Source of the DNA: Nostoc sp.
GTDB lineage: Bacteria > Cyanobacteriota > Cyanobacteriia > Cyanobacteriales > Nostocaceae
Assembly: GCA_036918135.1 (NCBI GenBank)
Contig: JBALDB010000042.1
Location: forward strand, 1 to 13,767
DNA length: 13,767 nt
Direction: 5' to 3'
The translations under genes and the position numbers were made by a program. This document shows positions 1-7,017 of this stretch, in pieces. The notes under the pieces are model-generated. The model ran no database searches. It was not told where the DNA came from and saw only the letters and a list, made by a program, of their open reading frames with translations. How positions within the stretch are numbered: the first letter of the stretch is position 1; each line of letters begins with the position of its first letter.

Positions 1-1448
1 TCACCCAGCAGCTTGCGCCTGAGTGCCAAAGCTTGGATGTAAAGGGGTTTGGCTTCGCTGTATCTGCCTTGGGAGTCGTAGAGTTCCGCTAGGTTATTGA
101 GACTAACTGCAACATCTGGATGTTCTTCTCCCAAGCGTTTTTTAGTGATTTCTAGACACTGCTTATACCAAGGTGATGCTTTGTCATACAATCCCTGACC
201 GTGATAAAATTCAGCGTTACCGAGGAATGGCAAAATTAAATCTTCATTACTGACATATTGAATGAGATTGTTCGCTACTTCTGCTATGTGAGGTATAGCG
301 GGGGTAACATCGTTGATTTGCTGAAGGGTAGGTGAGTCAGGAATATCTTTAGCAACTGCTACCATTACCTTGCAAAAACTTCTCTTAAATTCCTCTGCCT
401 TTTCTAAACCTGTAATCTTATATTGAAAAAACTGCCGCAACAGTGGATGCAATTGGTAAACTCCCTCACCTTTGCGCTGGAGTAAATGCAGATTCAGCAA
501 GCTATCGTCTCTAATTTCTTCTAAATCTTCCGCATCTTCTTCTGGCAAACACTGTTCTACCAACTTCCAAGGTATGGGTGCGGCGGCAAATAAACTTAAT
601 AAACAGCCTAGTTGCTTATCGCCGTTTTCTAATTCTTGCCAACTCAACTCAAAGGCTGCTAACACACCTCGTTGTGCTGTCATGTCGGCTTCCGACTTAG
701 ATTTAGACAGAGAACGCTCATCTAGTCGCTTGTTCTCCAACCGCCGCAACATTTCTGCCAAAGATAAATCCTGTTTCCGCGCCAGATAGCGCCCCACTAA
801 TTCCACACCTAAAGGTAAATATCCCAGCCACTCAGACAACTGATTTGCTACAGCTAATTCTCGCTCAATTCGCTCTGGTGTTTCTTTGAGTAAAGACTTT
901 AATAACTCCAGCGCCGCCTCTGGTTGCAGCACATCCAAAGATAACTGTGCGATGCGTCCCAAGTTCTGGCGCGTAGTCATCAACACTTTAAACCGAGAAG
1001 GTAGCGACTGTAAGTAAGCTTTAACTTGTTCGTAGTCGCTGACATCATCCAACACTAGCAGCACCTCACCCTCACGCCAATGCCGCCAGCAATATTGCAC
1101 TTGGGCGAGTATATTAAAATCTTCTGGCGGGTTTAAGTCAAGCTGCGTTCTGGCAAACTGCACAACTTGAATGCCCACATCTCCAGTTTTTGCCAGCAAC
1201 CAGCAAAGCCCACCGTTATATGTTTCGCCTTGCTGGATGGCATATTGTAGGGCGAGTTCTGTTTTACCAACTCCACCCATCCCTGCTATTGCTGCGATCG
1301 CAACTTGTTTATTATCCTGCAAAAGTTGGTGGAGCTTTTGCAATTCCTCTTCACGTCCGACAAATTCCACCACCCCACTCAAGGGCAAATTTTGCGGTAT
1401 TTCAGTAGGGGGATTTAACTTTACCCGTTCCCGTTCGGGCGACTGTAG
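1..1448 (-). CDS. NB-ARC (STAND NTPase)-TPR protein, NLR-like; 3' end outside the window; start uncertain (no ATG before the P-loop)
   Basis: Hand translation: open frame of 482 codons from 1448 to the left edge with no stop. Motifs: PQNLPLSGVVEFVGREEEL (NB-ARC entry), Walker A GMGGVGKT (1260-1283), Walker B VLLVLDDV (1041-1064), sensor-1 VLMTTR, GLPL-type GYLPLG, MHD-type YQLHPLLR, then a kinesin-light-chain-type TPR LGEEHPDVAVSLNNLAELYDSQGRYSEAKPLYIQALALRRKLLG. Alternative starts are TTG 1388/1382 and GTG 1373/1370. Confidence 0.92.
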
Positions 1449-1889
1449 TCAATCAGGGGGATGATTATTGTAATTGATAGTAATTGGACTATTGTCTACA
1501 CCTTGAAACGTAGGAGCTTTACTATTATTGCTTTGAAAACCTTGACCACCGTAAACATTCTGGACATTTTTACCTTGAACCTTGCCAATATTAATTTCTT
1601 GGTTAATTTCTTTAGCAAGGCTTTGAACTTCTTCACCAAATTGGGTGTCGGTGTCCATCTCCACTTGCAAGTAGGCAGCCACTAAATTTAAATCTTGCTT
1701 AGAACCTTGTTCAGCTTTCGTTAAGGCTTCCTGTGCTTTCGGCTTACCTTTGAACTTATCCCAAATTTTTTGACGCAGCAGTTTTAGCTTGTCTAACGTA
1801 CTTTCTGTTATCTTCTCTACAGTTTTTTCTATAGCTTTGGTGATGACCAAGGTTGCGATCGCAGCTGCTGTCAGCGATACTGGCTCCAT
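1449..1889 (-). CDS. Small helical protein (Bell/HeLo-like effector candidate) with a C-terminal G/N/Q-rich putative amyloid signalling motif
   Basis: ORF track 1449..1904; ATG at 1889 (MEPVSLTAAAIATLVITKAIEK...) is the likelier start, giving 146 aa. It has a hydrophobic N-terminal helix, a helical body and the tail NIGKVQGKNVQNVYGGQGFQSNNSKAPTFQGVDNSPITINYNN, and lies directly upstream of and in frame with the NLR. Family assignment is by pattern only. Confidence 0.7.
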   Translation of the reverse strand: MEPVSLTAAAIATLVITKAIEKTVEKITESTLDKLKLLRQKIWDKFKGKPKAQEALTKAEQGSKQDLNLVAAYLQVEMDTDTQFGEEVQSLAKEINQEINIGKVQGKNVQNVYGGQGFQSNNSKAPTFQGVDNSPITINYNNHPPD

Positions 1890-1960
1890 AATCCCAAAAT
1901 ACACGAGATTTTACTTATGGTTCTCAGTTTAACAGACTCTAAACGGACTTAATAGTTGAT

Positions 1961-2902
1961 TCATTTTCGGAAGTTTTCGGTTCTAAATCTAATTTCATAA
2001 AGTCCTAGCAAGCTTGCTGCTACTAGCAAAGGTAAGAAATAATAGACTCCCCGATAAGCTAACATTGAACCCAAAACTACCGCCGCCGAAACTTTTGAAG
2101 AAAGAATCAACAAAATTATAGTTTCAAATACTCCTAAACCCCCAGGCACATTACTAACCACACCTGCAAACATCGCTAGTAAATAAATACCTAAAAAGTC
2201 TAGATATGACAAAGATATATTGCTAGGAAGTAAAGCATAAAGAACAGCCGCCGCCAGAATCCAGTCAAAACTAGAAATTGCTATTTGAGCCAGGGATATT
2301 TTAAAAGAAGGAAATCGAAATTCATTTCCGCGAATTATTAATGGTTGTTTAATAAAAATACTTCCTAGTAAATAAACCGCAACTAATAGGAGAAAAATTA
2401 CGCCGATGGGACGCACAGTAGCAAAAGGTAAATGTAATTGAATAGGAATCTTCAGGGGATTGATGAGAAATAAGAAACCTGCAACAGCAAACATCCCCAA
2501 CCAAAAAGTAAAATTAGCAAAAGCAATTATTTGAGCGATCGCCACTGCTGACACTCCCCAATTAGCATAAAATCGATAACGGATAGCGCTACCAGTCAGT
2601 AAGGCAAAACCTATCGTATTGCTAAATGCAGAGCTAATAAAGCTAGTGAAAGCAATTTTGTTCCAGCTCAGGGAACGATTAATGTAATTAAAACCCAAAA
2701 TATCATACCCAATCATCACTAAATAGCCCAAAGCTGTCAGCCAAATTGCCCAGCTTAAGCGACTTTTGGGAATTACTGCTAAGGAGTTGAGGATATCACG
2801 ATAATTATACTCATGCAATTCGTGAGCGATCGCCCACAGAGAAAGCACCAGCAGCAGCAAGCCAAACAAAGAACTGAAATTAAGTTGCAGCTTTTTGAGC
2901 AT
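1961..2902 (-). CDS. Lysylphosphatidylglycerol synthase transmembrane domain protein (UPF0104 / MprF flippase-like), no synthase domain
   Basis: 313-aa polytopic membrane protein with MprF N-terminal signatures: GYD..G, SN.IGFALLTGSAIRYRFY..WG, GVVSNVPGGLGVFE, AYRGVYYFLPL. It ends where the MprF synthase region would begin. Confidence 0.85.
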   Translation of the reverse strand: MLKKLQLNFSSLFGLLLLVLSLWAIAHELHEYNYRDILNSLAVIPKSRLSWAIWLTALGYLVMIGYDILGFNYINRSLSWNKIAFTSFISSAFSNTIGFALLTGSAIRYRFYANWGVSAVAIAQIIAFANFTFWLGMFAVAGFLFLINPLKIPIQLHLPFATVRPIGVIFLLLVAVYLLGSIFIKQPLIIRGNEFRFPSFKISLAQIAISSFDWILAAAVLYALLPSNISLSYLDFLGIYLLAMFAGVVSNVPGGLGVFETIILLILSSKVSAAVVLGSMLAYRGVYYFLPLLVAASLLGLYEIRFRTENFRK

Positions 2903-3041
2903 CCTACTAAAGAAACTTATTCTAACTCTTGATTTTTAACTTACAACCAGTCGTACAGTTTCCATCGTGTTGACACAACATTGACAAATTACTTGCATAA
3001 ACTTTTGATTGCTAGCACCAACTGCCCAATGCCCTTTAAAG

Positions 3042-3983
3042 ATGAACTATAAACAATTGAAAATGTTCTTGCTACTTTCGGTATTAACTCTATTTAGCTG
3101 TAATTTATCCCAAAGTGTCGTCGCAAAACCGCTGCAACAGCAAAACTTACAAACAACGCCTTCCCTTCTTCCATCCCAGCCGAATGCTAGCAACTTGACA
3201 ACTCCCCTCAGCTATAAGATTGAAACTTACGATAGTCAAGTCATGGGTGGAAGTCGTACCTATGGCGTTTCTTTACCCCCCGGTTATCAGCAAAACCCAA
3301 AACAAAGCTATCCTGTAATCTTTCTTCTCCACGGTGGACATGGCGATCCCACTGCTTGGTTTGCTGAAAATAAAGGACAAGCTATCAAAACTCTCAAACA
3401 ACTTTATACTACAGGTCAGTTGCCACCCAGCATAATTATTACACCAGATGGCAACGACAAACGCGGCTCTAGTCCCTACCGAGATCCTGAATATATAGAT
3501 GGCCCTAACGGTAAAGTCTCCACAGCCGTAGGCGATGAATTAGTAAAAGTTGTACAAAGCCGTTATCGTACATTAACCAATCCAAATTTTTGGGCGATAG
3601 GTGGTTTATCCTCTGGTGGTTGGGGTGCAGTTAATGTAGGATTACACAATCTAAATAATTTCTCAATTTTATTTAGTCATAGTGGTTATTTTGAAGATAA
3701 AAGTGGCCCCACAAATAGCCCATTATTTTATATTAAAACTATTCCTCTACAAGCCCAAAAAAGGTTGAGAATCTATCTGGATTCGGGAAAATCAGATACA
3801 GAAGAAATCAACGAAGCCAAAAAATTTTCTCAAGTACTAGACAAACTAAAAATTTACCATTCATTTCGTGAGTTTCCAGGCAGTCATACTTGGAAATATT
3901 GGCGGGAACATTTAGCCGATTCTTTGACATTTGTCGGCGAACAATTCAGATTGTCAGAGATAAAAATAGGGCGTAGAGAATAG
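3042..3983 (+). CDS. Putative esterase (alpha/beta hydrolase, enterochelin esterase-like family), probable lipoprotein
   Basis: Motifs V.LPPGY, YPVIFLLHGG, IIITPDG, nucleophile elbow GLSSG and catalytic His region GSHTWKYW. The N-terminus MNYKQLKMFLLLSVLTLFSC resembles a signal peptide with lipobox. ATG 3042 is preferred over the track start at 3009. Confidence 0.85.
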   Translation: MNYKQLKMFLLLSVLTLFSCNLSQSVVAKPLQQQNLQTTPSLLPSQPNASNLTTPLSYKIETYDSQVMGGSRTYGVSLPPGYQQNPKQSYPVIFLLHGGHGDPTAWFAENKGQAIKTLKQLYTTGQLPPSIIITPDGNDKRGSSPYRDPEYIDGPNGKVSTAVGDELVKVVQSRYRTLTNPNFWAIGGLSSGGWGAVNVGLHNLNNFSILFSHSGYFEDKSGPTNSPLFYIKTIPLQAQKRLRIYLDSGKSDTEEINEAKKFSQVLDKLKIYHSFREFPGSHTWKYWREHLADSLTFVGEQFRLSEIKIGRRE

Positions 3984-4016
3984 GTAAAAATTTTTCATTG
4001 CTCCTACCATAATTAA

Positions 4017-4142
4017 TAGACCTCTTGCAAAAGTCAAAAAATTAGGAACGTCATTCTGAACGAAACGTAGTGTAGTGAAGAATCTCACCAAATGTTTCAC
4101 TTTGCTTAATATGATACTTTAAGGATTTATGCAAGGGGTCTA
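4017..4142. mobile_element. MITE-like element with terminal inverted repeats and an internal degenerate palindromic repeat
   Basis: TAGACCTCTTGCA (4017-4029) versus TGCAAGGGGTCTA (4130-4142) match at 12/13 as an inverted repeat, with TA at both ends (possible target duplication). The interior GTCATTCTGAACGAAACG...GAAGAATCTC...ATGTTTCACTTTGCTTAATATGAT looks like a decayed REP-like hairpin. Confidence 0.7.
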
Positions 4143-4160
4143 ATGAAGTCTCTGGCAAAT

Positions 4161-4240
4161 TATAGCAGGAGGCAGGAGGTAAAACTATTCCTAGCTTTCA
4201 CGCTTGTCATTATGTCCTGAAAGGTGTGACTACAGCTATA
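4161..4240. mobile_element. Short TATAGC-ended MITE-like repeat with heptamer duplication
   Basis: Ends TATAGCAG ... CAGCTATA (7/8 inverted match); internal GCAGGAG GCAGGAG tandem. Confidence 0.45.
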
Positions 4241-4290
4241 TTTTATTTTTTGAAATTTGCTTATCGCAATTTCTAATTGAATATACTACA

Positions 4291-4318
4291 GTAGGGACGC
4301 ACATCTGTACGCCCCTAC
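4291..4318. repeat. GTAG-type REP palindrome
   Basis: GTAGGGACGCACA TC TGTACGCCCCTAC: 13-bp inverted repeat with two mismatches, bounded by GTAG/CTAC. Confidence 0.75.
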
Positions 4319-4359
4319 AAAGATTTGCTTTTCAAGTTTGACACTTCAACTTCGCTCAG

Positions 4360-4392
4360 AGTCAACGGTTCGCACTTCGCTCACCGTTGACT
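4360..4392. repeat. Hairpin repeat just downstream of the 4414-4806 gene (possible terminator or mRNA stabiliser)
   Basis: Perfect 10-bp stem AGTCAACGGT (4360-4369) / ACCGTTGACT (4383-4392). The ACTTCGCTCA motif occurs twice, just upstream of the stem and in the loop. Confidence 0.65.
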
Positions 4393-4413
4393 TTCGCCTT
4401 CCGCGCAACGGTA

Positions 4414-4806
4414 TTAGCTTCTACCACCTGGGCCAGCAGGAGTTCGATAACGACCCTCTGGACTTTCATAAATTCCACTACTATTGTCTATGTCTGTGTC
4501 TTTTGTAGAATCAAAAAACTCTCTTGTAGCTCTAGGAGGTTTTTCATCTAAGTTAAGCTTTTCACGGACAGTATCAATAGTATCCTTTAATTTGTTTTGA
4601 GCATTTCCGATTTGCTTGTCATTTCTAATTTCACCTTGTGAGTCTGGTGTAGCTTTGTAATAAGTACCCTCTGGAGTTGTGACATCAGCTTGTGCTACAT
4701 TACTGTAGCTAAAAGCTTGACCGAGTAAAAACATAAATCCTACCAGAAAAACCACAATTATCTGACGGATACGAATACTTTTTAACCAAGAATTCAGTCG
4801 ATTCAT
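4414..4806 (-). CDS. Small exported or membrane-anchored hypothetical protein
   Basis: ORF track 4414..4839; ATG 4806 (MNRLNSWLKSIRIRQIIVVFLVGFMFLLGQAF...AQA) gives a basic-hydrophobic signal-like N-terminus followed by a hydrophilic helical region (KLKDTIDTVREKLNLDE). Confidence 0.8.
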   Translation of the reverse strand: MNRLNSWLKSIRIRQIIVVFLVGFMFLLGQAFSYSNVAQADVTTPEGTYYKATPDSQGEIRNDKQIGNAQNKLKDTIDTVREKLNLDEKPPRATREFFDSTKDTDIDNSSGIYESPEGRYRTPAGPGGRS

Positions 4807-4918
4807 AAAATCCCTAATTGCATTATGTTGAGCGTACAAATCATAACATTGAATAATTATTTCTCATTCAATGTTTGAGAACAACTTTAATCAAGTTGTT
4901 TTTCTTTCTTTTGTTCAA

Positions 4919-4966
4919 GAGGCAGAGCCACTATATCTGCATTTCCGGGTGATTCATAGAAACGAG
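4919..4966. repeat. Degenerate cyanobacterial dispersed repeat (GAGGCAGAGCC...TGCATT.CC...AACGAG type)
   Basis: GAGGCAGAGCCACTATATCTGCATTTCCGGGTGATTCATAGAAACGAG resembles a decayed copy of a palindromic Nostocales repeat. Recognised by pattern, not verified by search. Confidence 0.4.
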
Positions 4967-4986
4967 ATTTTAAGAAAGTCTGTTTC

Positions 4987-5018
4987 TCGTAGAGAAGCGC
5001 AGCTATGCTTCTCTACGA
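4987..5018. repeat. GTAG-type REP palindrome 9 bp past the PfpI stop (possible terminator or stabiliser)
   Basis: TCGTAGAGAAGC GCAGCTAT GCTTCTCTACGA: perfect 12-bp stem with an 8-nt loop. Confidence 0.8.
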
Positions 5019-5027
5019 ACGGTTATT

Positions 5028-6125
5028 TTACATCGATACAGCAGCGCCAGTAGTAGGTTTGGGAGGCTGAATTTGAGCGGCTGTCCGCGCCCGATACAAA
5101 TTTAGTAATCGCTGTTCGTATTTCAACAAATCTTGATAAATTTCTTTGAAAATAGCAGTTGCTACTGGGTCAGTGTGCATTGCACACAAATTTCCAATAT
5201 CGCCAATACCTGTTTGTACATCTCCCAAGGCGGAACGTAGTTGATATATGTCGTCACTTCCTGTTAAAGCACTTTTAACCTTGGCATATTGGTTAGCGAT
5301 ATTTGCGCCTAAGGAAGGTTTTTCGCCTAATATTTGAAGATATGTTTCTAGTTTTTGAATATGGGCTTGTTTATTGCCAATTATTTCTTGAAAAGTAGAT
5401 TTAACTTCACCATCTGATTCTTTTTCAAGATATTTTTCCAAAGCTTCCAGCGAATAACGTTCCCCAGCAAGGGCAGTATTTAAACCTCTGCCAATTTCAC
5501 TTTTTGTTGAGCCACCCCAAGCATCAGCTAGCTTCCACCATTCGGCAGTTGTATCTTTTTCATTTGGCAATGCAGCATCTTTACCACCATAACCCAAGCG
5601 ACTCAAAATAGCTGTGGTGAAAATTGGCAAGTCTCCAGGTTCGCGAGATGTAATCAAATTACCATCTACTACCAAGGGTTCATCTAAATAATTTGCACCT
5701 GCATTAGTAATATCTTTGCTAATAGCACTAAAGCCAGTAACTTGTTTACCTTTAAGCAAATCACCTTCAATTAAAACCTGTGGGCCATGGCAAACTGCAG
5801 CTACCAATTTTCCTTGCTGTATAGCTTCTTGTACGAAGCGTACTGTGTTGGGATTGCGTCTCATTTTATCAGGAGCCATACCACCAGGAATGACTACTGC
5901 ATCGAATTCGGCTGCGATCGCTTCTGTTGTAGTGCCATCAGCTTGGATGCTTAATTTACCACGTTTACCCTTATATTTTTCATTCATCCGGGAACCAAGG
6001 ACTACTACCTCGATTCCTGCTTGTTTTATTCCATTATAAGGAACTGTAAATTCTACATCCTCTACTCCTTGCTCGATAAGGATAGCAACTTTTTTATTAT
6101 CAGGATAATTGTTATTGTCAGCCAT
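5028..6125 (-). CDS. DJ-1/PfpI (YhbO-type) deglycase/protease fused to a C-terminal ferritin-like four-helix domain
   Basis: N-domain: GVEDVE, FDAVVIPGG.APD, nucleophile AAVCHGP, VVDGNLITSR.P.DL. C-domain: LNTALAGERY...HIQKLETYLQILGEKP...D..ATAIFKEI, the typical ferritin-like helix pattern. Confidence 0.92.
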   Translation of the reverse strand: MADNNNYPDNKKVAILIEQGVEDVEFTVPYNGIKQAGIEVVVLGSRMNEKYKGKRGKLSIQADGTTTEAIAAEFDAVVIPGGMAPDKMRRNPNTVRFVQEAIQQGKLVAAVCHGPQVLIEGDLLKGKQVTGFSAISKDITNAGANYLDEPLVVDGNLITSREPGDLPIFTTAILSRLGYGGKDAALPNEKDTTAEWWKLADAWGGSTKSEIGRGLNTALAGERYSLEALEKYLEKESDGEVKSTFQEIIGNKQAHIQKLETYLQILGEKPSLGANIANQYAKVKSALTGSDDIYQLRSALGDVQTGIGDIGNLCAMHTDPVATAIFKEIYQDLLKYEQRLLNLYRARTAAQIQPPKPTTGAAVSM

Positions 6126-6283
6126 AGTATGGTATTACCTATTTTTTCTAGTACTTAACTAGCTAGTATTTTCATCGATGATAACAATAATAAAATGTTA
6201 AATCAATAAATCAAAGTTTTAGTTTTTGGCTAATAAAAAATAGTTACGAGTGAGAAGTTGATTATCGAAGAATTTCGGTTGAG

Positions 6284-6304
6284 TAACTCCTAACTCATAA
6301 CTAA
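6284..6304. repeat. STRR-like heptamer tandem repeat
   Basis: TAACTCC TAACTCA TAACTAA; a weak inverted partner lies at 6241-6254. Confidence 0.5.
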
Positions 6305-6399
6305 CAACTTCAACTACAAGTTGCTTGACCATGAATTTATGTCTACAATGTTACGCAGCAATAGCTAACTTAGCTTCGTACTAAGGGGATAGATTATTT

Positions 6400-6429
6400 T
6401 ATGACTAAAGCCATACATCTTTAGTCATA
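6400..6429. promoter_or_regulatory. Perfect inverted repeat / tandem 7-2-7 operator candidate between the divergent PfpI and DUF6335-like genes
   Basis: TATGACTAAAG (6400-6410), 8-nt spacer, CTTTAGTCATA (6419-6429); ends 53 bp upstream of ATG 6483. Confidence 0.55.
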
Positions 6430-6482
6430 CAACTTGGCAACAAGAAAAGGTTATTGTATGATTGCAGAAAAGAGCTAATAAT

Positions 6483-6881
6483 ATGGCAGAAAAAAATCCT
6501 AATGACGAAATAAAAACTGATGATTTGCCGCAAGAAATTACTGAATCTTACGGTACTGGTGTGAAAGACTTGCCGGGATATAATATTGGCGGGCGATCGC
6601 TACAAGACGAAAGACAGGAATACACAGAAACTAGCCCGGAACTCACTGGTGGCGATGTTGATGCTTATTGGCAGGATGCAGATGCAGTTGGAGATGAAGC
6701 TGTTGGTGGTACGGCTCCCACTCCAGATCAAAATGTAACTGAAGAAATAGAAGCAGCAGTAGGACTAGAAATGGATGATTATACATTTCTACGTACCAAC
6801 GACATTTTAGAGGAACGTGACGATGCTCGCTGGGAATTAGATCCGATGTCTTCTGAAGATTATCAACAACGGCGAGAGTAA
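6483..6881 (+). CDS. Highly acidic DUF6335-like protein
   Basis: Conserved-looking core PELTGGDVDAYWQDADAVGDEAVGGTAPTPDQNVTEEIEAAVGL and tail LEERDDARWELDP. ATG 6483 (MAEKNPNDE) is preferred over TTG 6462. Confidence 0.78.
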   Translation: MAEKNPNDEIKTDDLPQEITESYGTGVKDLPGYNIGGRSLQDERQEYTETSPELTGGDVDAYWQDADAVGDEAVGGTAPTPDQNVTEEIEAAVGLEMDDYTFLRTNDILEERDDARWELDPMSSEDYQQRRE

Positions 6882-6904
6882 ACTGGATATTGAAGATTTG
6901 GCAT

Positions 6905-6964
6905 TAGGCATTGGGTGAAAAGACCAAAAGGATAGGAGTCTATAACACCAAACCCTAATGCCTA
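6905..6964. repeat. Inverted STRR-like heptamers between convergent genes (possible bidirectional terminator)
   Basis: TAGGCATTGGG (6905-6915) ... CCCTAATGCCTA (6953-6964). Confidence 0.5.
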
Positions 6965-7017
6965 GAGTTTAGATTAGAGCAAGCAAAATAGCATTTAGTT
7001 AAAAATCGTTGATTACT

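Noticed and set aside
1449..1451. Selenocysteine recoding of the in-frame TGA
   Set aside because: The position is in a non-catalytic linker, the hairpin does not resemble a bacterial SECIS, and cyanobacteria generally lack selABC.
1420..1465. Programmed frameshift at the CCCCC run before the stop
   Set aside because: The NLR is in frame 0. One shifted frame stops immediately (CCC TGA) and the other stops at GGG TAA about 11 codons later, so a single shift cannot reach the NB-ARC.
472..1685. Plus-strand ORFs 472..789, 1171..1464, 1190..1408 and 1461..1685
   Set aside because: Antisense shadows of the NLR and effector frames, with no recognisable motifs.
3984..4413. CRISPR array or structured ncRNA gene
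   Set aside because: No regularly spaced identical repeats; the hairpins are explained by distinct REP/MITE-like elements.
4871..5053. 60-aa plus-strand ORF
   Set aside because: Largely built from two repeat elements and overlaps the PfpI 3' end; no coding signature.
5716..6039. 107-aa plus-strand ORF
   Set aside because: Antisense to the conserved PfpI domain.
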